DNA of 51,655 nucleotides from a virus (taxonomy: Duplodnaviria; Caudoviricetes): positions 1 through 51,655 of IMG/VR virus record IMGVR_UViG_3300030104_001604, one strand, 5' to 3'. A program made the position numbers and the translations under genes. The notes beneath the pieces are model-generated. The model ran no database searches, was not told where the DNA came from, and saw nothing but the letters and a program-made list of their open reading frames with translations. Positions 18,689 through 26,864 of the stretch are shown in pieces; position 1 is the first letter of the stretch; each line of letters starts with the position of its first letter.

Positions 18689-20549
18689 AACTATCTCCTG
18701 TACATGCTAATGTTTGTGTGCCTTCTGTGTTGTCTTGATCTTCTACAATATCCCAATTAAATTCTTTAGGGAAGTCTGCTATAAGCTTTTCGTATTTCTC
18801 TTTAGTTATTGGTTGATACGGAGCTTGCTCATATACATGACCATCATAAGGCAAGAAGCTTATGCCTGATATAGAATCAAACTTATTATAAACCCATTGA
18901 CCTATCTCTAGGAACTCATCGTCCCTATAGTAGCATGTCATACTAGGTTTGTGTTCACACCAATGATCTTGGTAGACTTCCCACAACAACAACTGATCAT
19001 AGCCCCTTACATCGGAGGCTGTATACACGCCCTCTGGTGAGCGTTTAGGGAAAGAAAATACTAGGGTACTAGGTGAGCGTAGATCGTCCTCACAAGGCAC
19101 TCCTGCGTCTTTTAGGACAGTACAGAGGGGATCACGCTTGTCGGCTCGTACTGTACGAATGTAGTACTGAGAATAACGAGGATGAATACCACTGGCTGAA
19201 TCAACAAGCTGCGATACCGTCCCACTAGGTTTGACGCAAGTGATTGCCGCAGACTGCTTGATGCGTAACCTCTTAGCCCATTCCTTATTCGTCTTGATAG
19301 CTTCATTCTTTAACTCCTCTAAGAGTTCTGGTAGTCTTGGATTCTCTAAAGTCATAGCAGGATTATCCATGATGCCTGTCAAACTGACACCAAGTAATGC
19401 TTCTTCTTCTGTATTCTTCTGCCATGCCCCACGTAGATATCTGAAGTCTGTCAGCGTAGCTTGAAGTGTGCCTAGTATTGTAGCCAGGCGTACCTTCCAC
19501 TTGAGTTCTTCTATCGTATCTTCTGAGCGAACAACCACTTCACTTAGGTTACAAAACTGATTTGAAGTAAGCACGATCTCACTGCAGGGATTGCAACCGA
19601 ACTCTTGATCGGCATCTCTTCTTCCACTCTTAGCTGCCTGGCGTTGACTAGCTACTCTGGAAAAGATCCCTCGTTCACCTGCTTTTGATTCATAGAGACT
19701 ACTCCACTCATTAAGGAAGGCTTCAAAGTCTGGCTTCTCTGTGTAGCAAGCAGAGTTATTTGCCAAGGCTCGATGGGGTGTATGATCCCACCAGTTACCA
19801 TGCTTGGCTCGTTTCAGTCTGTCATCTGTGAGGTTACTAAGCGAGATGAGGGCTGATCTGCGAACTCCTCCAACCACGACAATCTCTGCGATTTTACACG
19901 CCAGATCGTGACATTCAATGGAGTTAAGCTTTCGACCAGACGCACCCTTAAAAATTCCGACCGTAAAGTTGAAGAGTTCGACAAGAGGTTCAGGGCCACT
20001 TGCCCTACCTCCAAAAGTTTTGAGGGGTGAACCTGAAGGTCTAACTCTACTAACATCCCATCGGGGTATCTGGCCCGAATAAAGCAGCGATACCAACTCT
20101 CTAAATGATTTCGCCCATCCAATTTTACTATCTGCGACATGAATAACGGTTTCTGTTTCATGCATATCCTCTTCTACTGCTGGTAATTTGGTGATGTACT
20201 GCCGTTCAACACTGTATCCAACACCAGTACCACACAATAAGATATACATCATCTCATCAAAAGATCTTGGACTATCTATAGCTAGGTATGCACAGTTAAA
20301 TCCTGCAACATTGTCCCGGTCTAATGCACCTGCTCCACCTGCTGTCATTAAAGCTCTCATGCTAGGCATAACATCCAAGTTATGTATAGCTTCATAGAGT
20401 TCTTCAGCTTCCTTGGATTTCAAATGCCCTTTGTCTTTAAAGAACTGCACGTATCTCCGAACAGTCTCTTCCCACGTTTCTCGTCTGCCTTCTTCTGGTA
20501 GGTAACGAGCATACCTACTCTTGTGTATGTAACTTTGATATGCATCCAT
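18678..20549 (-). CDS. nrdJ: Class II (adenosylcobalamin-dependent) ribonucleotide reductase
   Basis: FNC, GTGVG, NPCSE, FCNL, TCVKPSGT, C-terminal CTGDSC; no beta-subunit gene in the genome. Confidence 0.9.
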   Translation of the reverse strand: MDAYQSYIHKSRYARYLPEEGRRETWEETVRRYVQFFKDKGHLKSKEAEELYEAIHNLDVMPSMRALMTAGGAGALDRDNVAGFNCAYLAIDSPRSFDEMMYILLCGTGVGYSVERQYITKLPAVEEDMHETETVIHVADSKIGWAKSFRELVSLLYSGQIPRWDVSRVRPSGSPLKTFGGRASGPEPLVELFNFTVGIFKGASGRKLNSIECHDLACKIAEIVVVGGVRRSALISLSNLTDDRLKRAKHGNWWDHTPHRALANNSACYTEKPDFEAFLNEWSSLYESKAGERGIFSRVASQRQAAKSGRRDADQEFGCNPCSEIVLTSNQFCNLSEVVVRSEDTIEELKWKVRLATILGTLQATLTDFRYLRGAWQKNTEEEALLGVSLTGIMDNPAMTLENPRLPELLEELKNEAIKTNKEWAKRLRIKQSAAITCVKPSGTVSQLVDSASGIHPRYSQYYIRTVRADKRDPLCTVLKDAGVPCEDDLRSPSTLVFSFPKRSPEGVYTASDVRGYDQLLLWEVYQDHWCEHKPSMTCYYRDDEFLEIGQWVYNKFDSISGISFLPYDGHVYEQAPYQPITKEKYEKLIADFPKEFNWDIVEDQDNTEGTQTLACTGDSCEI

Positions 20550-20587
20550 GAATAAAACATCCCCTCAAATTAAATAACTATGATAGA

Positions 20588-20651
20588 CTATAAAGTCTTT
20601 AAAGAAATAATAATAAATACTTTTAACTTCTCTTCTTTAAAGACTGTATAG
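20588..20651. repeat. 19-bp inverted repeat (1 mismatch) around a 26-bp AT-rich spacer
   Basis: CTATAAAGTCTTTAAAGAA (20588-20606) / TTCTTTAAAGACTGTATAG (20633-20651). Confidence 0.85.
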
Positions 20652-20654
20652 GTA

Positions 20655-20683
20655 AGTATACAGCAAAAACGAACAGTAGTAAA
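20655..20683 (-). promoter_or_regulatory. Sigma70-type promoter for the replication operon
   Basis: TTTACT-17 bp-TATACT; 11 bp around the -10 identical to the promoter at 27340-27350. Confidence 0.6.
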
Positions 20684-20698
20684 TAGTTAATATTACCG

Positions 20699-20899
20699 TT
20701 AGTCTTCTAAGTCTAGAATAGCGAACCCTGCATCTTTAAGCTTTTCTAAACAAGTACTTAACATCCAAAGCTCACCTTGTTTCGACATATACCCAGGTGG
20801 ATAGAAGCCAAACAACTCTTTGTGTTCGAGTAAATAAACAAAAAGAAATTGTAATTCCTTCTCTTCCTGTTTGCCAAAGATGTTTATTACATTACTCAT
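20699..20899 (-). CDS. Hypothetical early protein
   Basis: ORF with SD. Confidence 0.55.
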   Translation of the reverse strand: MSNVINIFGKQEEKELQFLFVYLLEHKELFGFYPPGYMSKQGELWMLSTCLEKLKDAGFAILDLED

Positions 20900-21116
20900 G
20901 TTGTACCCCTTTGTAAATTTTTCTTTGAACTCCTAAACTATAAAGCATGTGATAGTCTTTATAGTCTAGGGTTACTTTTCCACATGAAACACATCTCTCA
21001 AGTGTAATTAAGTTCTTAGCTTCATCCGTCAAAGGACTTTTAAGATGCTTGTCATACTCAGATGTGGGTATCTTGTGGTAGTTATGGTTACAGACCATCT
21101 CCAACCCACTCATCAT
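20892..21116 (-). CDS. Hypothetical protein with C/H...CxxC (start uncertain)
   Basis: CNH and CVSC; start probably at MMSG or MVC rather than 21194. Confidence 0.5.
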   Translation of the reverse strand: MMSGLEMVCNHNYHKIPTSEYDKHLKSPLTDEAKNLITLERCVSCGKVTLDYKDYHMLYSLGVQRKIYKGVQHE

Positions 21117-21411
21117 GCTCACCTTTAAAGGTTCTAAGGCGTGATTTGTATTTAGGATTATGTTTATCTTTGGCACAGACCATATCATAATCATCAGATA
21201 CTATTCTTAATAAATCACCAAGGTTTAATCCTAGACTTGTTAATTCTTCTATTGAAAATGAAATTTCATAATTACTATCTTCCATAGAATTAACATACTC
21301 ATATAACGAGTTAACTAAATCTAAAACTTTATACTCGTGCCTTAAAGTTTTAAGGTTGTCAACACCTACGGCTGCTCGAATCTCTGAGCCATTTAAAATT
21401 GATTTACTCAT
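21088..21411 (-). CDS. Hypothetical early protein
   Basis: SD aggag. Confidence 0.6.
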   Translation of the reverse strand: MSKSILNGSEIRAAVGVDNLKTLRHEYKVLDLVNSLYEYVNSMEDSNYEISFSIEELTSLGLNLGDLLRIVSDDYDMVCAKDKHNPKYKSRLRTFKGEHDEWVGDGL

Positions 21412-21574
21412 CGTAATTACTCCTTACGTACTTGTGTTTGAAGAAGCTGCTTAGTCTAGTAGACCAAGCAAGCTTCTCATTATAGATAAGATCTTCAAGG
21501 ACTTCGTATACTTCTTCCTTGCAAATCTTATCTGCCTCTTTGTCGATCTTAACTTCGATGTAAACAGAAGTCAC
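21404..21574 (-). CDS. Small protein (56 aa, GTG start), not in ORF track
   Basis: SD aggag; fills the intergenic gap. Confidence 0.5.
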   Translation of the reverse strand: MTSVYIEVKIDKEADKICKEEVYEVLEDLIYNEKLAWSTRLSSFFKHKYVRSNYDE

Positions 21575-21578
21575 TTAC

Positions 21579-22007
21579 TTATCTCCTGTGAAAATAAAGT
21601 CTAAGATACTTGCTCTTGTTAATTGGCTGTCCATCCTGGAAATTCTTCCAGCTCTCTCCTTCATCTAGCTTGGAGTGATCAAGGTACTGTCCTCTTACAC
21701 GCATGTAGCAATCAGGATGTATCCATTTCTTTAGCTTATCAACTAAACAATTACCCCACTTATTATTAGGGATGTGGCTAAACAAATACCTGTGCTTCCT
21801 TTCTTTATGCATAAAATCAAATGAGAACTTTGCAAAAGGTATGAAGTTACCTTGAGGCACAGTCCACTCTGTGAATTTTACATCGTCCAGGTACTGTCTT
21901 AGCTTGTCGTTTTTAGCATAGGCAAAGCTTCCATCCTTTGCCTCTACTTTAGTTACACACATGAAGTCTCTCAACAAAGCTAAATCATATTGCATTCCTT
22001 TAGACAT
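21579..22007 (-). CDS. Hypothetical early protein
   Basis: SD aggag; Y.RVRGQ motif. Confidence 0.65.
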   Translation of the reverse strand: MSKGMQYDLALLRDFMCVTKVEAKDGSFAYAKNDKLRQYLDDVKFTEWTVPQGNFIPFAKFSFDFMHKERKHRYLFSHIPNNKWGNCLVDKLKKWIHPDCYMRVRGQYLDHSKLDEGESWKNFQDGQPINKSKYLRLYFHRR

Positions 22008-22016
22008 ATAGTTCTC

Positions 22017-22178
22017 CTAGTCAATATCTTCTTGTTTAATATTACGTTCTTCATGCAAACGAGCCATAGCCGCACAGATTTTATCCCATTCCTCATCATC
22101 CTGTGAGATACAATCTTCACGATATCCATATAACGCATTCCATATTACTTGGAAGTCTTCTTTTAAGTCTACTAACAT
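22017..22178 (-). CDS. Small acidic protein (53 aa), not in ORF track
   Basis: TAATG overlap with the DUF932 gene; MLVDLKEDF...WDKICAAMA. Confidence 0.6.
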   Translation of the reverse strand: MLVDLKEDFQVIWNALYGYREDCISQDDEEWDKICAAMARLHEERNIKQEDID

Positions 22179-23140
22179 TATGCAGCCCTCTTTAATAGTT
22201 TGTTGACAGTGTTACGCACGATGTTCTCACGCTTACGCCTGATGAACATGATGTTTTCTTCTGAAGATGCCCTAGCTGCCGGGCCATGAGTACTCCAATC
22301 AGTAAAGGTATTGTATACAGCCCACTGAGTTCTTCCTAGCTCTGCACTGTACTGCTCCCACTTTTCCCACAGATAATTGAGATCTTTATTCTGCTTACCA
22401 TTCTTCCATCTTTCTTTTAGCAGAAGTTGTGGGGCTTTGTGGAACTCGCACTTCATATGATGCTGTGACTCAACCATACGATCTTCATAGTACCCACGTT
22501 TTCCAGTAGCATCTGCAAAGGCCATGAATGCATCAAACTCTGATACTACTGCCTTCATCATATCCTTCCAGACCTCTGGTTCTTTGGTTGCTACCTCTAA
22601 TGCCTTTACAAGAAGCCTTGCACCAAAATCTATGTCAAGACTCTTGGTATGCTTGTGTCTGTATGACATTACGGTGTTGTCCAGAGAAATCTGTCCATTC
22701 AAACAAGCAATTCTCTTACGCCCTACCTCTTGCATGAAAGACCAAGTACCATCCCAGGAATCCAATAACACTAAGCTAGGCTCAACGACAGAGCCGTCCG
22801 TCCCTATAAAGGAATGAGCTGGTAACGTATGAGTATAAATCATACGCTTTCTATCTGGCGAGACATTAATGTCTTCACCTCCTCCAAAGGTATCTACACC
22901 AGCTCTGTGAATTATACCCCGACCTACATCAACCACACGCCTTGGTTGATTGAAAGTAAACCCACTACCGTGAGTAGCGATCTTCTGTCCTGTCTCTTGT
23001 ACAAACAGGGTCACGCTATCAATGTCCATTTTGAAATCACCATTGGCCTCGTACCACACAGGTGATCTACCTATAGTAAAGTTAGCTTTACCATAGTCCG
23101 GGTTTGCTTGCCCACCAAAAATGTTAGATACATTATCCAT
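22178..23140 (-). CDS. DUF932-family early protein
   Basis: DSWDG, R.AC.NG, HKHT, W.VYN..TDW.TH. Confidence 0.75.
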   Translation of the reverse strand: MDNVSNIFGGQANPDYGKANFTIGRSPVWYEANGDFKMDIDSVTLFVQETGQKIATHGSGFTFNQPRRVVDVGRGIIHRAGVDTFGGGEDINVSPDRKRMIYTHTLPAHSFIGTDGSVVEPSLVLLDSWDGTWSFMQEVGRKRIACLNGQISLDNTVMSYRHKHTKSLDIDFGARLLVKALEVATKEPEVWKDMMKAVVSEFDAFMAFADATGKRGYYEDRMVESQHHMKCEFHKAPQLLLKERWKNGKQNKDLNYLWEKWEQYSAELGRTQWAVYNTFTDWSTHGPAARASSEENIMFIRRKRENIVRNTVNKLLKRAA

Positions 23141-23310
23141 TACTTATCTCCTAAAAGATTTAAAAATTCCGCAGCCTTGACATCATTATGCTGTCCCAAC
23201 TGCACCTTATCAAAGACGGTGCTTAACGGATCACCTTCTTTAAGTTCTTTAAGTTCTTTAATAGTTTTTGCTGTATTAAAAAACAACTCATTCATAACAG
23301 CTTTATCCAT
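23140..23310 (-). CDS. Small protein (56 aa), not in ORF track
   Basis: SD ggaggt; TAATG overlap; 9-bp tandem encoding KELKELKE. Confidence 0.6.
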   Translation of the reverse strand: MDKAVMNELFFNTAKTIKELKELKEGDPLSTVFDKVQLGQHNDVKAAEFLNLLGDK

Positions 23311-23325
23311 TGTTACCTCCAGTTA

Positions 23326-24015
23326 TTATGCAGCCTGTCGAACTATTAAGTTCTGGTCTGCTTCCTCTACACCTGGCACTACCTTATACTTCAGTCCTAC
23401 AATGACAGGGCCAGCCTCTACATTGAGAAGATCATCTCGATCTCCATCAATAACTTCCCTACCTAAGAATGTCTTAGGAAAGGGCTTATCTTTAAACACT
23501 GCTGACATAGGTACATCAGTCTTCAATGCTTCCTCAACTTGCTTTTGAAATTTTTTCTTCGGACTATAACTGAACATCAGCTTGTAGTTATCTGGAGTTC
23601 TCGTAAGCCTGTATGCTGCTTTAGTATAGTCATAGAAAAATATATCTGGAAACTCTTGTGGAATTCCGTGACGCTCCCACGGCACATCACTAAGTGTATT
23701 TAGTCTAGCGATAGGTTCAACACCAGTACGCTTACACAATTTATTAAAGTTGAATAGCTCTCTGCGTAGCTGCTCAAGGAATCCTTGCGTATCGTTGTGA
23801 TAGTACATGGTCTTATCCATCCTACCTTGTACTACATTACCCATCGCACCACGCCCAGCACCTACTAAGCACATCTCCTTACACCCTGCAATGTTTCTAG
23901 CTGGACATAGTATGTCATCTGGATACATAGACAGACTACCTATGCGTTTTTTGGGTTTGTCCTTCATAGACTTCTTGATCTTGGTGTTACCACCTGCGGT
24001 ATCTAATAGCTTCAT
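23326..24015 (-). CDS. Gp88-like protein with a Cx7Cx3C motif (possibly radical-SAM-like)
   Basis: N.K..K, CP-x6-CKEMCL..AGRG, RLN.LSD, FYDYTK, FSYS, IDGD..D, VGLK. Confidence 0.65.
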   Translation of the reverse strand: MKLLDTAGGNTKIKKSMKDKPKKRIGSLSMYPDDILCPARNIAGCKEMCLVGAGRGAMGNVVQGRMDKTMYYHNDTQGFLEQLRRELFNFNKLCKRTGVEPIARLNTLSDVPWERHGIPQEFPDIFFYDYTKAAYRLTRTPDNYKLMFSYSPKKKFQKQVEEALKTDVPMSAVFKDKPFPKTFLGREVIDGDRDDLLNVEAGPVIVGLKYKVVPGVEEADQNLIVRQAA

Positions 24016-24033
24016 GGTTACTCTCCTTCATAG

Positions 24034-24693
24034 TTATGTGGGGGGATCAAAATCTGCTGGTGAGATATCTTCATCCCTCTCATCCTTAATCTGCTGTCCG
24101 AACTGCTTCGCTATAGCTAGAGCAATCCCATCGTATGTCCTGGATCTTATCTTCCACCTGTTCTCACTAGGCGGTAGCCAATGTAGTCTTTGCTGCTCTT
24201 TCTTTGGTAGCTTGTCAAATTTATGCTTGACGTTGTTAGATTCTTTGAGTGGTTCAAGCTCATGTAACCATAGCCCTGTTTTCTTGCTCTCAGGGTGTCC
24301 ATGTTGCCACGGCTGTATGTACTGTGGTTTAACATCAATAGTAGACTGAGTTGACAATACCCCGACAGGGTTCTCCATACATACATAGCTTGATTGTTCT
24401 GTAGCTACGTTCCACAGTTCAGTAGTCCAAGCAATAGCCTCTAATCTTAAATGATTTTTAGCCATGCCTTCACCATACCAAGCGTTACCACTGACAGCTA
24501 GAGCCGTACAGGTAGGATGCAATTGTACATACTCCCACGTTTCACTCTTTAGCATTTCCATCACATCACATCTGTAATGGTTAGGTGCATTGTCCTCTGA
24601 AGCTAAGAGATCACATGACACTACATCAAAGCCTTGTGCCTCCCACGCCCTTCTACTTATACCACTGGTTTCGCAACCGATTAGCACACTCAT
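24034..24693 (-). CDS. Small phage-type DNA cytosine-C5 methyltransferase
   Basis: VLIGCETSG (motif I variant), SCDL, HPTC (motif IV variant), ENP, QPWQHGH...K.T.LW, RSRTY.GIA.A.A.Q. Confidence 0.75.
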   Translation of the reverse strand: MSVLIGCETSGISRRAWEAQGFDVVSCDLLASEDNAPNHYRCDVMEMLKSETWEYVQLHPTCTALAVSGNAWYGEGMAKNHLRLEAIAWTTELWNVATEQSSYVCMENPVGVLSTQSTIDVKPQYIQPWQHGHPESKKTGLWLHELEPLKESNNVKHKFDKLPKKEQQRLHWLPPSENRWKIRSRTYDGIALAIAKQFGQQIKDERDEDISPADFDPPT

Positions 24694-24798
24694 AATAGTC
24701 CTCTCCATATTTAGACTTACGTTTATATTTAGGCTTGCTACGAAACTCCTTCGTATACCTACGCTTCATAACAAAATTATTAGCCTTCCTAGTCATTC

Positions 24799-24993
24799 CT
24801 ACCAAAGCCTCCCATTATAAAAAATTAGTTCTCCATCATAAGACTTGACCTTCTTCTCCTGGAATTCTTTGGAGTCCTTCCAAGCCTCACTGGTATCCTC
24901 CTCTTTTTTTGAAGGAGCAAACCTCCCTTTCCTTTCAGTGTAGGCATCTTCATTGTCATGCCTGTTCTGACTTCTACAGTTCATCTCTTTCAT
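24799..24993 (-). CDS. Hypothetical early protein
   Basis: SD aggag. Confidence 0.5.
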   Translation of the reverse strand: MKEMNCRSQNRHDNEDAYTERKGRFAPSKKEEDTSEAWKDSKEFQEKKVKSYDGELIFYNGRLW

Positions 24994-25003
24994 ACTTAGT
25001 CTC

Positions 25004-25093
25004 CTACGTTAGCGAACTCAACATCACCAGGCCTATACCGATCCCGGCTAGGATAGCGATGCTGCGAAACATTAACTTCTCTACTTTACTCAT
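25004..25093 (-). CDS. 29-aa single-TM peptide, not in ORF track
   Basis: SD aggag; MSKVEKLMFRSIAILAGIGIGLVMLSSLT. Confidence 0.5.
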   Translation of the reverse strand: MSKVEKLMFRSIAILAGIGIGLVMLSSLT

Positions 25094-25146
25094 AATACTT
25101 TCTCCTATGATTAAGTCCTCTCATCATAAAAGGACTTAACGATAAG

Positions 25147-25176
25147 AAAAAAAACAAAGGGCTATGAAGCCCTTTG
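25147..25176 (-). terminator. Rho-independent terminator
   Basis: CAAAGGGCT-TCAT-AGCCCTTTG followed by T8 on the minus strand. Confidence 0.8.
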
Positions 25177-25320
25177 AAGTCTTGCAATTTTCTCAATACG
25201 CCTACGCCTGGCTTCCTTCACCGTCCGAAAATGTTTATCCATTCGGTTGGTTTCTTTTCTAGCCGTAGCCTTGTTAGCTTTGTGAGTGCTAGGTTGCTTG
25301 CAGTTGTTGTCCTTTCGCAT
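25162..25320 (-). CDS. Basic 52-aa early protein, not in ORF track
   Basis: SD gagga; MRKDNNCKQP...RLQRAS; stop lies inside the terminator hairpin. Confidence 0.55.
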   Translation of the reverse strand: MRKDNNCKQPSTHKANKATARKETNRMDKHFRTVKEARRRRIEKIARLQRAS

Positions 25321-25362
25321 TGTAAAGTCCTCTCGTTGTTGTCCTCTCAGGATAAAAGAAAC

Positions 25363-25409
25363 AAAAAAAAATAAAAAAAAAATAGCCTACCGAATTTCGA
25401 TAGGCTATT
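25363..25409 (-). terminator. Rho-independent terminator after the 287-aa early gene
   Basis: AATAGCCTA...TAGGCTATT stem followed by a long T tract on the minus strand. Confidence 0.8.
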
Positions 25410-25424
25410 GAGTGGTTAAGCTTG

Positions 25425-26288
25425 TTAGGCTTTAGCGTTTGTGTGTAGCTCTAAAGCCTTAACAATATCCAAGGGTGCGTACTTATTACCCTTCTTCACC
25501 ATACCATGCGGCAATTGAGATAACATATTTTCTTGGTCAGTCAGTGAGAACTCACTCAAGCATAAAATAAGAGATTTAAGAGAGGGGCAGATCATATGGT
25601 TATCTTCACCATAAAAGCTTACATTCTCAATTTGATCATCCGTCAAGCCTTCACTCTTTAAAGCTTCTTTTTCCTCTTTTATGTCTTGTTCTTGTTTGAA
25701 CTTTTCGGCAGTTCGTACCGATTGCTCTTTAACTGATACAAGCTTATTAAGTAACGCCACTAAACTTTTAGTTTGATAGGGTTTATCGTTAGCTAGCTCT
25801 AGCTTGTAAATCTTATCCTTCTTACAAGTAGTAGCCTTCTTAACAATACCATCGAACTCTTCAAACAATCCCATTGTGGCAAGCTTGCTAAACCGGCTGC
25901 ATGTTTCTTTAAAACTCTTAATAGTTCGATAAAGCGTTGGTTCTTCAAATTGCAGATCGTCTAGCTTGTTATCTGCACTCGCATTGATCCAACTATTTTG
26001 CTTTTGTTGAACTATCGCATTGTAAACATTTTGCCAGTTTTTAGCGTCAGCATTACCCCTACGAGATGGCGTTGCTACCTTGTTATCTTCACTAGATAAA
26101 AACAAATCGTATATTTTGCTAGCTGAATTATTAAAAGAACTGTCGGTTTTTTCTAGTTCGGTGATTGCTTCAAATGTAGCTTGAAAAGCAATCTTACCGA
26201 CTGCCGCAATATCCGATGGCAAGTTATAACCATTAGCTTTTTTAACTTCCTTAACTGCAAACGTACTACCATGTTTAGATGTAGGCAT
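25425..26288 (-). CDS. Hypothetical first early protein (287 aa)
   Basis: SD ggag; own terminator; no family recognised. Confidence 0.7.
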   Translation of the reverse strand: MPTSKHGSTFAVKEVKKANGYNLPSDIAAVGKIAFQATFEAITELEKTDSSFNNSASKIYDLFLSSEDNKVATPSRRGNADAKNWQNVYNAIVQQKQNSWINASADNKLDDLQFEEPTLYRTIKSFKETCSRFSKLATMGLFEEFDGIVKKATTCKKDKIYKLELANDKPYQTKSLVALLNKLVSVKEQSVRTAEKFKQEQDIKEEKEALKSEGLTDDQIENVSFYGEDNHMICPSLKSLILCLSEFSLTDQENMLSQLPHGMVKKGNKYAPLDIVKALELHTNAKA

Positions 26289-26321
26289 TTTTCAATACTC
26301 CAATTTTGATTAATCAATATT

Positions 26322-26371
26322 GGCAACATCCTATCTAGTAAGCTGCAAAGCCTACTAAGTAGGACATTGCC
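26322..26371 (-). other. 23-bp RNA hairpin in the early leader (possible RNase III site)
   Basis: On the minus strand 22 of 23 positions pair, four of them as G-U. Confidence 0.65.
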
Positions 26372-26657
26372 GCTAGTGCTACTACTTAATTTAGTAATAG
26401 CTACTCCCTATATACACTAGTCGGAAGTGATAATCACGCTATATCGGTAAAATGTGAATATTCACATATTTAATATATTACGTGCAATATAGAGCTATAC
26501 GTGCTAGCGAATTCTTCAACTCAAAATAAAGTGATACATGTATTTAATAACAATGTATCAGTTTGATTATTGGATAGTTTTATAGACTATGAAGTAACAA
26601 ACTAAAAAGCTTTAAAGCCTACACAGCTTCGTAAACTAGTGACGCTAAACTCAATAG

Positions 26658-26764
26658 ACTGCAAAGCCTACCAAGTTCTAAAAGAGAACTTACTAGATAG
26701 CTTGTTAGTTCTAAAATAGAACTCACTTTGTAGGCTTTGCAGTTTGTCAGTTCTATTTTGGAAC
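26658..26764. repeat. Nested inverted-repeat element
   Basis: 14-bp outer IR (26658-26671/26730-26743) enclosing two AGTTCT..AGAACT hairpins; a third inverted copy at 26749-26764. Confidence 0.8.
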
Positions 26765-26864
26765 GTGTCTTTTTAGTCTGCAAAGTTTTTTTAGCTTGAT
26801 GGGCGGCAGGAGGCCGGGCCACCCCCCCTCTATGACAACTAAATCTCATACATTTTTACAGACT

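Noticed and set aside
20550-20650. Cobalamin riboswitch upstream of nrdJ
   Set aside because: Too short and AT-rich; no B12-box or GGGAA/GCCACTG elements
26452-26467. CRP site
   Set aside because: The TGTGA/TCACA half-sites are 4 bp apart rather than 6
26658-26743. tRNA gene (cloverleaf-like fold)
   Set aside because: No T-loop TTC, D-loop GG, 7-nt anticodon loop or acceptor geometry
26619-26849. 76-aa ORF across the repeat region
   Set aside because: No SD; translation mirrors the nucleotide repeats; more likely non-coding
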